From positions 59,334,001-59,398,000 of the forward strand of contig OX597819.1 in assembly GCA_951406725.2 (NCBI GenBank): DNA of 64,000 nt, in the 5' to 3' direction. Position numbers and translations under genes: made by a program. This document shows, piece after piece, positions 1-13,125 of this stretch (positions within the stretch are counted from its first letter, which is position 1; each line of letters begins with the position of its first letter). This stretch comes from Octopus vulgaris. Taxonomy: Eukaryota. A model generated the notes under the pieces. The model worked only from the letters and a program-made list of their open reading frames with translations, had not been told where the DNA came from and did not search any database.

Positions 1-218
1 ACTGAGAAGGTAACTAGTATAAAAAGCTAGATGAATACAACAATTATATTAGATACAATGAGAGCAAAATGTTCCTAGTAATGCAGCAGAATAAGCGGAA
101 CATGATTCACTTAAAGTATCATGTAAATACATGTCAGAAACATCAAGGAACAACTGTAATAGTTTAACATATACTATGAGAAATTAAAATAAAGTGAGTG
201 AAAAATGTCCAGACGATA

Positions 219-583
219 GGTGTAGGAGTGGCTGTGTGGTAAGTAGCTTGCTTACCAACCACATTCAGTCCCATTGCATGGTGCCTTGGGCAAGTGTCTT
301 CTACTATAGCCTCGGGCCAACCAAAGCCTTGTGAGTGGATTTGGTAGACGGAAACTGAAAGAAGCCCGTCGTATGTGTGTGTGTGTGTTTGTTCCCCCAA
401 CATCGCTTGACAACCGATGCTGGTGTGTTTAGGTCTCTGTAACTTAGTGGTTCGGCAAAAGAGACCGATAGAATAAGTACTAGGCTTACAAAGAATAAGG
501 CCTGGGATTGATTCGCTCGACTAAAGGCAGTGCTTCAGCATGGCCACAGTCAAATGACTGAAACAAGTAAAAGAGTAAAAGAG
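219..583 (+). mobile_element. tRNA-derived SINE, family S1 (most abundant in window)
   Basis: A-box-like TGGCTGTGTGG, body ...CCTTGGGCAAGTGTCTTCTACTATAGCC..., internal (TG)n, tail GACTGAAACAAGTAAAAGAGTAAAAGA; many near-identical copies in the window. Confidence 0.9.
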
Positions 584-618
584 ATAGTCAAGAAGTGGTT
601 TAATATAATCTGTTGAAA

Positions 619-831
619 GGCAAAAAGGCAGTGAGCTGGCAGAAATGTTAGCACGCCGGGTGAAAAGCTTAGCGTTATTTCATCCATCTTTACATTCTGA
701 GTTCACATTCCGCCGAGGCCAACTTTGCCTTTCATCCTTTCGGGTTCGATAAATTAAGTACCAGTTGCATACTGGGGTCAATCTAATCGACTGGCCTCCT
801 CCCCCAAAATTTCGGGCCTAGAGTAGAAAAG
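619..831 (+). mobile_element. SINE family S2 with 17-bp target-site duplication
   Basis: Head GAGCTGGCAGAAATGTTAGC, B-box-like GAGTTCACATTCC; AATATAATCTGTTGAAA at 602-618 and 832-848. Confidence 0.9.
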
Positions 832-1329
832 AATATAATCTGTTGAAAATTAACTAAAACATGGATGATGAAAAATAGGAATGAATATCGATTTCAAACT
901 TTGGTGTAAGACCAGCAATTTTGGGGAAAAAACTGGTACTTATTTTATTGACCCCAAAAGGATAAAAAGCAAAGTTTACCTTGGCAGAATTTGAACTCAG
1001 GAAATAAAGAAGGATGAAATGTTGATAAGCAATTTGTCCAGTATGCTAGCATTTCTGCCAGTTAACCATCTTAATAAAAATGAATATTAAATCAATAATT
1101 ATTACAGTAGTATATTGATGCTATCGTTTTTATGGGTTTGTTTTCTTTTAATAATAATCATTTTTTTTATATGCATAGAAAGCCATACGTTTTGTGGGGG
1201 AATTGAGTCAATTTAATTGACACCAATACTACATGGGTACTTACTTTATTGACTCTGGAAGAATGAAAGACAAAGTAGACTCCAGCAGAATTTGAACTCA
1301 AAATAAAAAAGGATAATAATGATTTGGTA

Positions 1330-1740
1330 CAAATCCATTTTGTTGGAGTTGGGTTGCCAAGAGCTAAACTCTTCATGGCATACTTACTTGGAAGCAGTAC
1401 AGAAAGCGCCAGAGAAAATATGATGTAGTGACACAGCACCAAATAAAATCACTGTAAACTGATGTGTATAGAGTTGCTTAAATGGTTACAGTGTCAAAAT
1501 AAATATGCTATATGAATAAAAGAGAATGCAACTGTTGTAAACACAGAAATGTAACTGACATTGATTCCAATCCAACTGTCAAGATCATAACCTGCATAAA
1601 TGGATTATTAGAAATAGGAGATCAGCTCTGTTACTTAGCATATCTAATCAGTGTTGTTCCAGGTGAAGTAAACTATCTAAAGTTAATAATGGTTGACAGA
1701 AGTTAGAGAACTTCTGGATATATTAGCCATTAAGAGATTA
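1330..1740 (+). pseudogene. Highly decayed RTE-clade LINE ORF fragment
   Basis: Translates to LEIGDQLCYLAYLIS and, after a frameshift, G*QK.RELLDILAIKRL, matching the RTE thumb region LE.VD.FCYLGD.IS...GW.KFRELLPLL. Confidence 0.55.
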
Positions 1741-4700
1741 TAACTGCACACTACTTGAGTGTAATCTGAGCAATCCCCCCCGAAAAAAAACCATGTAAAT
1801 GTTAAATTTGGTTGAAACTGTTTTCCTAATCTAAAACTTCTAAGGTATCAAAGTGTTTTAATTTTAACCAATTTATACATTGAAAACTTTAGTTGTTGGT
1901 ATATGACTTTTGCATTTAAACTGCCCAACTATTTTACCTGTGTTAGCCCCGCTCACGTACCCAACAATGTCATTCTAAAAATAAACATACATATTATTGA
2001 AATCTTGAAGTTGTGAGACAATTCATGATTAATCCAGAACAATGTAAAAAAGTAAGTGTTACATTTGACAGAGTTTAGAATGCTGAATGGATATATCCAT
2101 TTCTTGAGGTCATAGAGTACCAAGATGTATTAAAGCTGTCAGATCCTAATCTGGATCAAAATCTTGCATTCTCCTTAAAGTGTTTCATTAGATCATTCAG
2201 TAATACAGAAATGATTTCGTTAAATTTTATTTTTACTATTTCTTAATGGTTGTCATCATAAATCAGATGACAACTATTAGAGATATGTTTTTCAGAGAGT
2301 CTACAACTTCCTGATATATCAATTTCATTTGAATGAAAAAAGAAAAAGAAATTCTATAAGGAAAAGATGTAATATTCATATTCATCATCCTGAATTAAAA
2401 CCCTATAAATTTTACCACTCTTCATCCATTTAAAGAAATATCTAAAAAAAATAAATCAAAAAAGCTTTTGCATTTTATTTATTTATATAGTTACTTATTA
2501 ATCACTCCAACATTTCCAGCAATATCATTCACGATATTAACTTGTATTTTTGTACGCACTTGCAATTGGAATCAATATTTATAATCAATATTTAATATAC
2601 TTCAGTGGTTCTGACAGCTCATTGCTGGTATATCAGCTACGGAGCAACAATTAATATTTGACTGCTCTTAATTATGTTTTTATGAATATGAATGTCCTCA
2701 AAATCACAAATCTCTTAAATTAATTAATGATGAAAATAAATTCCTTGTCTTTTGCTAAGATTTTTTTATGTTTTGTTTATTAACTTCCCTTATTTTAGAT
2801 TGCCGATATTGTCAAGAATGTATTACCCACCAATTTGAAATATGTTATAAAATTTACATACTTTCATAATCATGTTTATTGAAAATTTACCTATTCAGTT
2901 AGAATCCACCATGTGGAAAATTAGCAGATATATTTGATTTTCATGGAAATTAATTTCTACGTTGCTCTAAATCAATATAGAACTTGAGTATGACCAACAA
3001 TGGTGCAATATATATAAAAAAGGGTTCAAATACATAAAATTGTGTATCTTTCTTCGACTCTCATATTCTTAAATACATTCAGAAAAAGACTGCCATAATT
3101 TTTCTTTTTTTCTTAGTACCACAACAGATTTTGCTATTCAGAGCATTGAAATTCCATTCATACTATTTTAACAGTCCACCAATCACTAGCTATATACAAA
3201 TGCATGTATGAAGTTTGACTTTAATTTCCATTGTATGTCATGTGTTATATTTAATCCCACTCTTCTCCCAGTTTCCATTTCAAAACCTCCTCCTAATTTC
3301 ATTCATACTTTATAATGAAGAGATATGAGAAGGTATATGAGCAAGATTTATTAAATGTGTATAACTATTTTGTTGATATTTGATAGTGTTATTTGTTATT
3401 ATTTAATGAAAGCATACCAGATGCACCAATATGTATTCAGTGAACCAAATCAGCAACCCAGTTTTATTAGTTAAAGCAATTTCAGTTAATCCATCTGATA
3501 CCCCTTACCTAAGACCACCTCTGGCCTTATGGTACAAAACTTTTCATTCTAAAGTGTTCATATTTAAATTAAAAACCTATTATAAGTTTTATATGCAAAA
3601 AAAAACCCCTTTTGTTAAGTAACGTTCAAAACACCAGCCTAATAATGAAAAGGTTATTTTATTATATCACTATAAATTCTTGATTACTTTCAAAATTAAT
3701 TAAAACACATATGGAATGTATTTTATTATAAATATGGTCGTGAAAGATTAATATATCAATGCTCTTTAGAAATAGATGAAAATTAAAAATTACTAATCCC
3801 CATTCAATATATTTGAGACAATATTTTGCTTTTAATTTAAGTATTTGTGGAGTGACTGAGTTGACACAGTGGTTATATTTCTATAATTTAGGTCTGACTT
3901 CACTCAATTAGCCTAAACATATGAGGAAGTATTCCTACAAAGCCAAAACAGGGAGGAGTGGCGCCTGCCTCTTCTACTTTTAACTCATGATCAACAAATG
4001 TGATATAGGATTGCTCCTAACAATAAGCTGATCACTTAAGGAGAAATATATCTGAAAGATTAAGGTAAACAATTTGTAGGTGTTTTGTGGTTTGTAAGTT
4101 GCATTTGATTCATAATTATGAATTTACTTTCCTTACTTTGTTCAACGTTTAATTTTTTTTTATACCAACCCAGTCAAGACTACCTTTGGTTCTATGGCAC
4201 AGGTTTCTTGTTTTCAAGTAATTTTAATTAAAACCTTCCATCAAAATTTCATGTAAATTTCCAAACATCAAGTTTATAACAACAAAGTTATTTTACTAAA
4301 TTGTCCATTATTTTCCAAATTAAGTTAAATAAAAGTGGTGTAATTACAATAAATGGTAACAAAAGAGTTAATCACCATCATTAATTCACTCTTAACAGAA
4401 TATACATTTGACTCTTTAGATTTATGCTTTTCACATTATAAAGGAATTTTCAACAGATAAAGGAAGTATTTTTTAAAAAACCAGATCATTTTTATATAAA
4501 ACAGACAATAAAATGTTCAAGTAATAAACATTTAGCATAATAAATTTGTGTATTTGGCAATGAGTATTGTAATCTTTCCTCTCTGAAATTCAAGAGTGGG
4601 GAGCTTGTCAATTACACCAACCCCAGGTCTCAGCTGGCACTTATTTTATTGACTCTGAAAGGATGAAAGGCAAAGTCGACCCCAGCAATTCAGAACGTAA

Positions 4701-5744
4701 AGACAGATGAAATACTACTGAGCATCTTGACCATTGCGCTATTTTAGATGACACAGGATTTAGTTCTAGGTTTAATCTTTCAGTGGAAATGGTTCAGATA
4801 ACTAATATAGTATTTCTATTATATTTTGGACTAATAGTATTGTTGTGATGTATTCTTCTCTGGTTCCTATTTGTATGACAGCTTTCTTTACTGATTTCCT
4901 CCCAAAATGTCATTTTAATTCATTGTAATTCATTTCTAACATGAAGAGCAAAAATGTAAAGAGATGGGTGTGTATTTTGCTGAGACTGAAGGGTTTAGTC
5001 AGTTAGGAGGTGACAATAAGTTGATTAAATCTTGAAGAAAGAAGAGAATGTAAATTCATAATTGTGAACAGAAGTAGCTTAAAAAGAAATACTAAAATAT
5101 TTCTGAAAATCACTCAAGGATATAACATGTTAAGACAATCTTTATAAATCAATGAACAAAAGCTGTGTAGATGAGCAGATTTACCAAATTCTAATCTCAT
5201 GTTGGTAATACATGGCTTAATTCTTGAATACATGCAGTCCTGAAATGACTTGATAAAGTGGAAAAAGAATGTTTAAAACATTAACAAAAATGGAAACAAA
5301 ACATTTTTTTCTTGATGAATTCCACCAAATAGGTAAAAGACTTATAGCCTCTCAGAAATGCTGTAATAATAGTTTTACGTGTAGTTTTGGATTAGAGTTC
5401 AGAGACTTTAGCATATGATCTTAAGATCTGAAGAATTGATTTGAACCTGGATTGTAGTCTTATGAAGATCTGCAGGGTGACCATAAGAGTTGTGTAGCAG
5501 AATAACAATGAATGACACATCGTTTCCAATGCAAATGTTGTACATAGTGCAAAATTCAAGAAAAATTCCTGTGTGACCCATGTCTTTTTGTTCAACTTTT
5601 AATTGAATGTTTTATTTACATAAAGATTGAATCACAATTTAATTACAAGGAAACAAAAAAAAAAAGGAGCGGGAATTAAGCAGCAGCAGCAGATGAGGAT
5701 TGGGTGGAGTACACCCCAGAACAAATGGTGTGTTCAGCCATACC

Positions 5745-6290
5745 CTGTAGACATGTAAGTGATGGCATTGCCATGGAGAATTGTTAGCAACATTTACTGC
5801 AGCAGTCATCCCACTTTGCGACACTCATTTCTCAGATGGGCTGCAGTTATATCAATTTTGTGAAGAAAATTAGCAGTACAGGATCTGAGAACACCTGAGG
5901 TCTTGATGATGACAGGCACAAACTGAAAGCAGCTGGTCAGGCTTTTACATTTATTTTTCTCTCCTCTGCATTATAAACAGTGGAGCCGGAGAACATGTTG
6001 CAGCACATCATGTCACAGATTAGAGATCAGCCTCCCTTGTATTGAAAGAGGGTTATTCTATCAGGGTGCTTACCATCCCTGTGATTGAGACTAACTGGCT
6101 CCAGTTACAATGGGAAGCCAGCTACATCGAGGCCCCTTTTAATTATGTCATTCAGAGCAGCATGTCAGGGTAACCAGCTCACTTAATGGCTGCAGGATAA
6201 TGGATGCAGACTGAATTCATCAACTACTGCTCAACAATGGTATTTGTGTGGCTCACACATTCAGAGACTGAGGCACTGGGCCATTCTGAT
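5745..6290 (-). pseudogene. CRE-like non-LTR retrotransposon C-terminus (Zn knuckle + restriction-like endonuclease), inactivated
   Basis: Minus-strand translation [85 protein letters not shown], with stops and frameshifts. Confidence 0.85.
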
Positions 6291-6635
6291 ACCAGTACAC
6301 TTATCATCATCATTATTTAAAAAAAAAAAGAAAGATCCACCCAAACTAATGCCATAAAAATCAGTGATAAATAATGGGTTAAAAGAGATATCTTACAGAT
6401 GGAGGAGGAAGAGCAGCACTCTTACTTATGATTGTTTGGGAAGTGGGGTAGAATCTTTGGTCCTGGTGAAGAAAAAGACGAAGAAAATTGACACTACAAT
6501 TTGAGTATTATCCTTAAACTAGAAATCTGTTCTGAATATTAGTAACACAATGGACTCACACTAAAGGCATTTAAGGAGCTGTGCTGGAATTAAACTGACT
6601 AATGGATGTTGTCTACACCCAAAGAACAACACAGT

Positions 6636-6703
6636 CCATCTGACAGGCCTCTGGACAGTTTCCACCTACCCATCTGACAGGCCTCTGGACAGTTTCCACC
6701 TAC
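6636..6703. repeat. Perfect 34-bp tandem duplication
   Basis: CCATCTGACAGGCCTCTGGACAGTTTCCACCTAC x2. Confidence 0.95.
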
Positions 6704-8029
6704 AAGGTTTTGAACATCAACTCAAGGCTTGGTAGAAAAGCACTCAAAGTTCTGTTCAATGAGATCAAACACAGACTCATAGGATTGTCAAGTAAACATC
6801 TTAATCCCCCAACCATACCTGAATTGATCACAAGATTAAAACTGATGTCTACAGATCTAGTTTTTCAAGCAAAGAAACACGAAAAAGAATTGGGAAGAAA
6901 TAAACTTCTATAGTTGTGGAGTTGAGTGTCCAGATGAATCTTTCAGAAATGTACAGGTATATTTGAAGTATGTTTTATCTTCTTTTCTTTTTGGTCACTA
7001 GTTAAATTACTTCAACATTAACTATTATCATACAAAATCCAAGTAGTACTTACTTTCCAGGTAAGTAAACTGACACCTTTAAAATAAACAGGAAGTTGTA
7101 GACAACGATAAGATGATTTTTGTTGAGCTTAACTCCTTCTAAGAGTTATGAAAGCAAGCAAGACTAATTCACTTGTAACTTGAAAAACAAAATAACAAAA
7201 ACCTTAAGAAAGGATTCTCTGGTGAGAACTGAAGAGTTTTGTCATGTTATAAGATGTTAATAAGCTGATTAAACATTGGAAAAGAAAAAACAAAACAGGG
7301 AAGATAGAGTTATGAAGGCAAACACAAAAAAAACTGACAAATAGAAAATAAGAGTTATTCAACTTCTTAAATTTCCAAACAATACATTATAATAATGCAT
7401 ATTAAAAGGATTTTAACAGTCTAAAGGCAAATAATGTGAAACACTATAGTAATGAAAACGCAGGACAAACAAACAAAGTTAAATCTCAGTTGAAGGGAAT
7501 AATTTGAAAACCTTAAAGTTACCCCATTCAGTGATTAATGAAAGATAACATTAAAATAATATGAAATTAGTCGGCATTACATTTTAGTCTCAGGCAGTCT
7601 TGATTGAGCGTACCTATAATCAAAGACATTCTAGTTGAGACCACCCCACCATTTTTTTGTATATCTAGAAACGTGTTATTTAAAGCATTTCAATTTGTAA
7701 AATTGATAGGTTATGATTTTAAGGTTTGGCTATTATTTATAGCAGGTCAAGTGATTGCATAGAAGCTCACTTACTGCCTCTGACACACCCTACACAGATG
7801 ATTCCCTGCTCTCCTCATCCTTAACCTTCCACAAACAGACATCATCCACATCCTACCAAGATTCCCATGTCAATCATGCACAGCATCCATAAAAGGAGGC
7901 AACAGATACATTTTTCAATGGAATATTAAAAGCATATCATCCCCAACAGCATAAACACACAATTATTGCACATATAACGGTTGACTGGGTAGAAACCGAC
8001 AAGATTATCAATCATCTTTCCAATAACAA

Positions 8030-8377
8030 CAATATCCCTATCACCTGTGGACAGGCTTATAAAATCAAAATACAGAACAGCACCCATGACTTTCAGAAAC
8101 ATGTTTTACACTCAGAATTGTCGAAGCATGGAATAAACTACCTGTGTTCACTGTTGGCTTGTCAGGACACTGCACCCTTCAAAAAATTCCACACTTCCTG
8201 AAATTTGTTAATATTAGGTGTAGGAGTGGCTGTGTGGTAAGTAGCTTGCTTACCAACCACATGATTCCGGGTTCAGTCCCACTGCATGGCACCTTGGGCA
8301 AGTGTCTCTACTATAGCCTCAGGCTGACCAAAGCCTTGTGAGCAGATTTGGTAGACGGAAACTGAAAGAAGCCCGTC

Positions 8378-8443
<66 letters not shown>

Positions 8444-8888
8444 GTGTGTGTGTGTGTTTGTATGTCTGTATTTGTCCCCCCAACATCGCTTGACAACCAA
8501 TGCTGGTGTGTTTACGTCCCCTTAACCTAGCAGTTCGGCAAAAGAAACCAATAGATTAAGTACTAGGCTTACAAAGAATAAGTCCTGGGGTCAATTTGCT
8601 CGACTAAAGGCGGTGCTCCAGCATGGCCACAGTCAAATGACTGAAACAAATAAAAGAGTAAAGAGTACTCCTGATGTACCTATGCACTCCTTCATTATGG
8701 TTCCTAATCTATTCATTTTTCTCTATTTTTTCTGTTTCATTCTGTGAACTGTGCATGTACTTCTAGCCTTCATTATTGTCTTTCTTTACTTGACTTACAT
8801 GTTTGCTTTCTAACTCATCTTTTAACTGTGACTGACAAGTTGTAATGCACCTGAGTGCTGTATACAATAAACTCATTATTATTATTAT
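8030..8888 (+). mobile_element. CR1-like LINE 3' fragment interrupted by an S1 SINE
   Basis: 8070-8207 aligns to 36950-37085; tail TGTAATGCACCTGAGTGCTGTATACAATAA(ATT)n matches 37216-37265. Confidence 0.75.
8217..8665 (+). mobile_element. SINE S1, full length
   Basis: A box TGGCTGTGTGG, B box GGTTCAGTCCC, internal (TA)n(TATG)n(TG)n, S1 tail. Confidence 0.92.
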
Positions 8889-8895
8889 ATTGTCT

Positions 8896-9326
8896 AGCTC
8901 CATCCGAGCGGGATCACTGCCAGAGCAACTGTCTGGCTTCCGTGCCAGGGGCACATAAAAAGCACCATTTGAGCATGATCGTTACCAGCATCGCCTTACT
9001 GGCACTTGTGCCAGTGGCATGTAAACAGAACATTCAAGCGAGGTCATTGCCAGTGCTGCTGGACTGACTCCTGTGCAGGTGGCACGTAAAAAACACCACT
9101 TGAGCGTGGCCGTTGCCAGTACTGCCAGACTGGCCCTTGTGCCAGTGGCATGTAAAAAGCACCCACTACACTCTCAGAGTGGTTGGTGTTAGGAAGGGCA
9201 TCCAGCTGTAGAAACTGCCCGATCACATTGGAGCCTGGTACAGCCATCCGGTTCGCCAGTCCTCAGTCAAATCGTCCAACCTATTCTAGCATGGAAAGCG
9301 GACGTTAAGTGATGATGATGATGATG
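8896..9326 (+). mobile_element. RTE 3'-UTR copy (family R1) with ~40-bp TSD
   Basis: Repeated GGTGGCACGTAAAAAGCACC motifs, ends GCATGGAAAGCGGACGTTAA..(GAT)n like 24035-24532; flanks 8856-8895 and 9331-9373 are duplicates. Confidence 0.88.
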
Positions 9327-10574
9327 TCTTTGCTGTATACAATAAACTCATTATTATTATTATTACATTGTCTTTTCTAACCCTGGAGATGTACTACGGT
9401 GTCAACTGTTCACTACCAGTGAACTAAGGTAACACCCCTTATTTTTCGAGCACCATCTGGAGTATTCGAGCGGTTCTAAGCAGTGCTGTTTTCTGTTGTT
9501 GTTGTTGCTCCACCTGCTGTTGTTGTTGCTGCTGCTGTTATTATTATTTAGGCAGTGAGCTGGCAGAATTGTTAGCATGCCAGATAAAATGCTTAGTGGC
9601 ATTCCATCTGTCTTTACATTCTGAGTTCAAATTACGTCAAGGTCAACTTTGTCTTTCATCCTGTCGGGGTTGTTAGAATAAGTACCAGTCAAATATTGGG
9701 GGTGTGATGTAATCAACTAGCCCTTTTCCCCAAATTTTCGTTAACTGCTATCTTCCTGCTCTCTGTCTCCTCTTTTAACATTTTCTGATGAGTTATAGTG
9801 CATCAGGGCACTGTATACAATAAAACGATTATTTTTTCCTAGTTTCAGCTCAGAGCTGCGGTCATGCTGATGCACCACCGATTATTATAATTATTACTAC
9901 TAGCATACCCATGTCAGCAAAAATGTTGACAGTTTAATATATGATAGAGAATGGCACATCAACACAATGGGGAAAACCACTCATAAATGTCAGCAATCTA
10001 GTACATACACAGAATTGTACTTGATTTTTAATGTTGAAAATTGATATATATACACATTTTACCTATTTTGATTATGATATAATTTTTGAAAATCTTAAAC
10101 TTTATCTTTATACAACATAGCACTATTGTTTATCAACAATCATAGTACCTCATGATAGAATTTCCTCTTTATTAACATCATAGGTTTGATTAGCATCATG
10201 CCCCTTTAACTGGTAATTAACATCATGATTTAGGGTCTTTCCCTACCCAGCCTCCTTCATAGACAGTTACTTTACACCCAATTTACTACTCCTAATGTCT
10301 TGACAATATTTATGACCATACCTAGCCATGAGCTGTCAACTCACTCTTGCCCTTCATTCCAGACAGACAGTAGTTGATAAAAAGGCAAATTAATTAGAAA
10401 TGAACCAGATTCTTTACAAGCTATGACCCCATTAAGCTTCATGCCTTTCTTGGAAGTGTATTATATTCTTAGCTACAATAGCAACAACATGGATTTCTTC
10501 CATCTTCTTGCTCTGTTAAAGTAATTGAGTAAAATTATATCAATGTGTCCGACTGATTAAAATTCTATTTATTT

Positions 10575-10662
10575 GTGCAGCTGATGATAGCCCTGCATTT
10601 AAATTGATGTAATGATTGCATTGTTCAATTAAATGGAGCCACTTGAAACGGTCGTACTGCAT
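10575..10662 (+). ncRNA. Type-I hammerhead ribozyme motif with long stem II
   Basis: TGCAG-CTGATGA-[57 nt, CATTTAAATTGA/TCAATTAAATG hairpin]-GAAA-CGGTCG-TA-CTGCA; base of stem II decayed. Confidence 0.75.
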
Positions 10663-11139
10663 CACTTCTTGATATCCTGTTGCTTATTTTCATATATATA
10701 TATATATATATATATTTATAAAAAAAATTATATATATTATATATGTTTAAAGAGTATGATGTAATAGTTCATAATTGTGATATATATTCAATAGAGTCAA
10801 ATATAAAAAATTCATATATAATAAAGAGAGTCCATGCTATATGTTTAAAGAGTATGATGTAGTAGTTCATAATTGTGACATATATTCAACAGAGTCAAAT
10901 ATAAAAAATTCATGTTCTTGAAAAGGCGAGGAGTTCATTTTAGATTTTACCTTGTGTTCCAATGGGAGCAACAGTAATGATTTTTGGTCGGTGTCTGCTC
11001 GCATAATTTTGGTGAATTTTGTGATTGTTGGATTTATATCAGCTCAGCTAAGCTGTGGTCACTTGCACTTTTCACTGACGTCATATAGTTCCAAACCAAT
11101 CAAAACCCAGTCTCAACGAATATAGTGAAAAGACTCCTA

Positions 11140-11418
11140 ACTGTATCCTGTTAGGAAACCAACCAAGCGGAACGACAGTTTGGCCATGGAAGAAATACGT
11201 CATCATTTTTTTGACGAATCGAAATTAGATCTGACCCATGACTGTATCCTGTTAGGTGGCTAGTCCAGCAGAACGAGACATCATCAATGTTTTGACCAAT
11301 CAGAATCGGGTCTGACCCATAGCTGTATCGTGTGGGGAAACCAACCTAGCAGGGTGACAATAGCTTGACCACTGAGGTAATACGTCATCAGTTTTTTGAC
11401 GAATCAGGATTAGATCTG
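11140..11418. repeat. Three imperfect ~80-100-bp tandem units in the PLE 3' UTR
   Basis: Units start CTGTATC(C)TG and end TCATCA..TTTTGAC(G/C)AATC..(A/G)TCTG. Confidence 0.75.
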
Positions 11419-11654
11419 CTTGTAGAGAAAGAGATCTTTTTATAAATTTTTCCTTCCCTAAGACATATCACTGTCAGCGTGAGTGACTGTTTAAGGATCT
11501 GAGAAATTGTAATTCGCCCCACCTCCATTATTATAATTCTCTCACTGTGGCCGTAACAGTGACCACGGTGGTTGTAGTAGTAGTGCGAGTTGGGGCAGTC
11601 GTAGTGGTTGTGGTAGAATTTCGTTTCTCTTTTTCGGAGGACCAATGTTTTGTT

Positions 11655-13003
11655 TTAATATTCCTGGCCCAGGGTGTTCAAACTTGGTCTAAATTTTTTG
11701 ATGAAATAAAGTTCTTTATTTTGGCGTTGCATGAAGGTTACGCTGTCACTGAATTTATAAAGTGGGTAAGTTGTAAATTTCGGATTTACATTTGCAGCTC
11801 ATCTATCTATGTGTCCGCTGACCGGTATTTTCCGGTATTCAGGGTTTCTAATTTGTGATTTATGCACCGCCATCCTGTTACATAAGCTATTTTTTGTATG
11901 GCCTATATACTGCCTATTGCAGCCTGCACATGTTAAGACGTAAATTAAGTTTTCTGATGCGCAGGTGAAGTTTGCTCTAATGGTGAACTGATGGCCTTGT
12001 TCTAGTATAAATTCTGAACCTTCTACCAAGATGACACAGATTCCGCAATTGGGCCTTCCACATTTTCTAACTGCTGGTTTTGTGGTTGATGTTGAGTGCA
12101 GTTTAGCTTGGGTTAAAATCCTTTTCAAGGATTTTGGTTGCCGTTTACTTTTAATGATGGTGTGTGTTTCGAGGATCCGGTTCATCTTTGGGTCTCCCTT
12201 TAGCAGGGCTGTGCTTTGTAGTATGGTGCTGAAGGCCTCATTGTTGAGTGGGTTGTGTGTAGAGATGTAGGGAAGGGTTTTTAATTGTTCTTTCTTTTTT
12301 GGTTTTGTTTGTCTCAGGTCTTCTATACTTAATTTGAGTGCCCTTTGGATTGCACTGTCTATTAGGGGCTGTGGATAGTTTCTATTTGTGAGTGTGGTTC
12401 TAAGTTCCTGGAGACGTGTGTGTCGGGTGTTTGTGTCTGATATTATGGTGCAAATCCTTCTAGCTAAACAAAAGGGACATTTATTCTAGTGTGTCGTGGG
12501 TGGCATGAATCAAAGGGTAGGTACTGTTTGGAGTCTGTCGGTTTATAGTAGATATCTGTCTCTATTTTGTTGCCGGTTTTCTTAATGAGGATGTCTAAAA
12601 ATGGTAATTCTTCTTCGTTATGATCCATCGTGAATTGTATATTATCATTTATTCCATTTAATAGTATTTTAAATTCCTCAAGTTTCTCTATACTTTTATC
12701 CCAGATGATGAAACAGTCACTGAGGTATCTTTTCCAGTTGTTCTGGATATAGGTGGAGAAGGTGTTTCCAAATTTCTCGAGTGTTATCTGGTAGAGTATT
12801 TTCTCAAGGTATCCCATCACTAGGTTGGCAAAAGAGGGTGCAGTACGCGTGCCCATCGCTGTTCCTGATCTTTGTCTGTAGAAATTATTGTCAAAAATAA
12901 AGTAATTGTTTTCTAAAATAAATCTAAGTCCTTCTATTATAAGGTCTTTGTTTATGCGAGTTGGGAGTTCAAAGGAGTAGTTATTCAGCCAGAAGGTGAT
13001 CGC
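11655..13003 (-). pseudogene. Penelope reverse transcriptase + GIY-YIG endonuclease, inactivated
   Basis: FYRQRSGTAMGTRTAPSFANLVMG, WKRYLSDCFIIW (YLDD mutated), LPFLDILI, YYKPTDSKQYL, CGRPNCGIC, NLIYVLTCAGCNRQYIGHT; frameshift near 12470 and stop at 11799. Confidence 0.93.
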
Positions 13004-13090
13004 TTATATATATATATATATACCAGCCAGAAGGTGATCGCTTATATATATATCATCATCATCATCGTTTAGCGTCCGTTTTCCATGCTA

Positions 13091-13125
<35 letters not shown>

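Larger units (their letters stand above)
10739..13005 (-). mobile_element. 5'-truncated Penelope-like element (PLE)
   Basis: RT + GIY-YIG ORF, long 3' UTR, both ends embedded in (TA)n; ~75-bp direct repeat at the 3' end (10739-10815 / 10838-10913). Confidence 0.9.

Noticed and set aside
7002-7066. Strong CAG|GTAAGT donor with an upstream pyrimidine tract
   Set aside because: The 59-nt candidate exon has stops in all three frames
10915-11420. Expected HHR in the 3' UTR of the large Penelope (CTGATGA on the minus strand near 11385)
   Set aside because: No paired stem II followed by GAAA; I could not fold a hammerhead here
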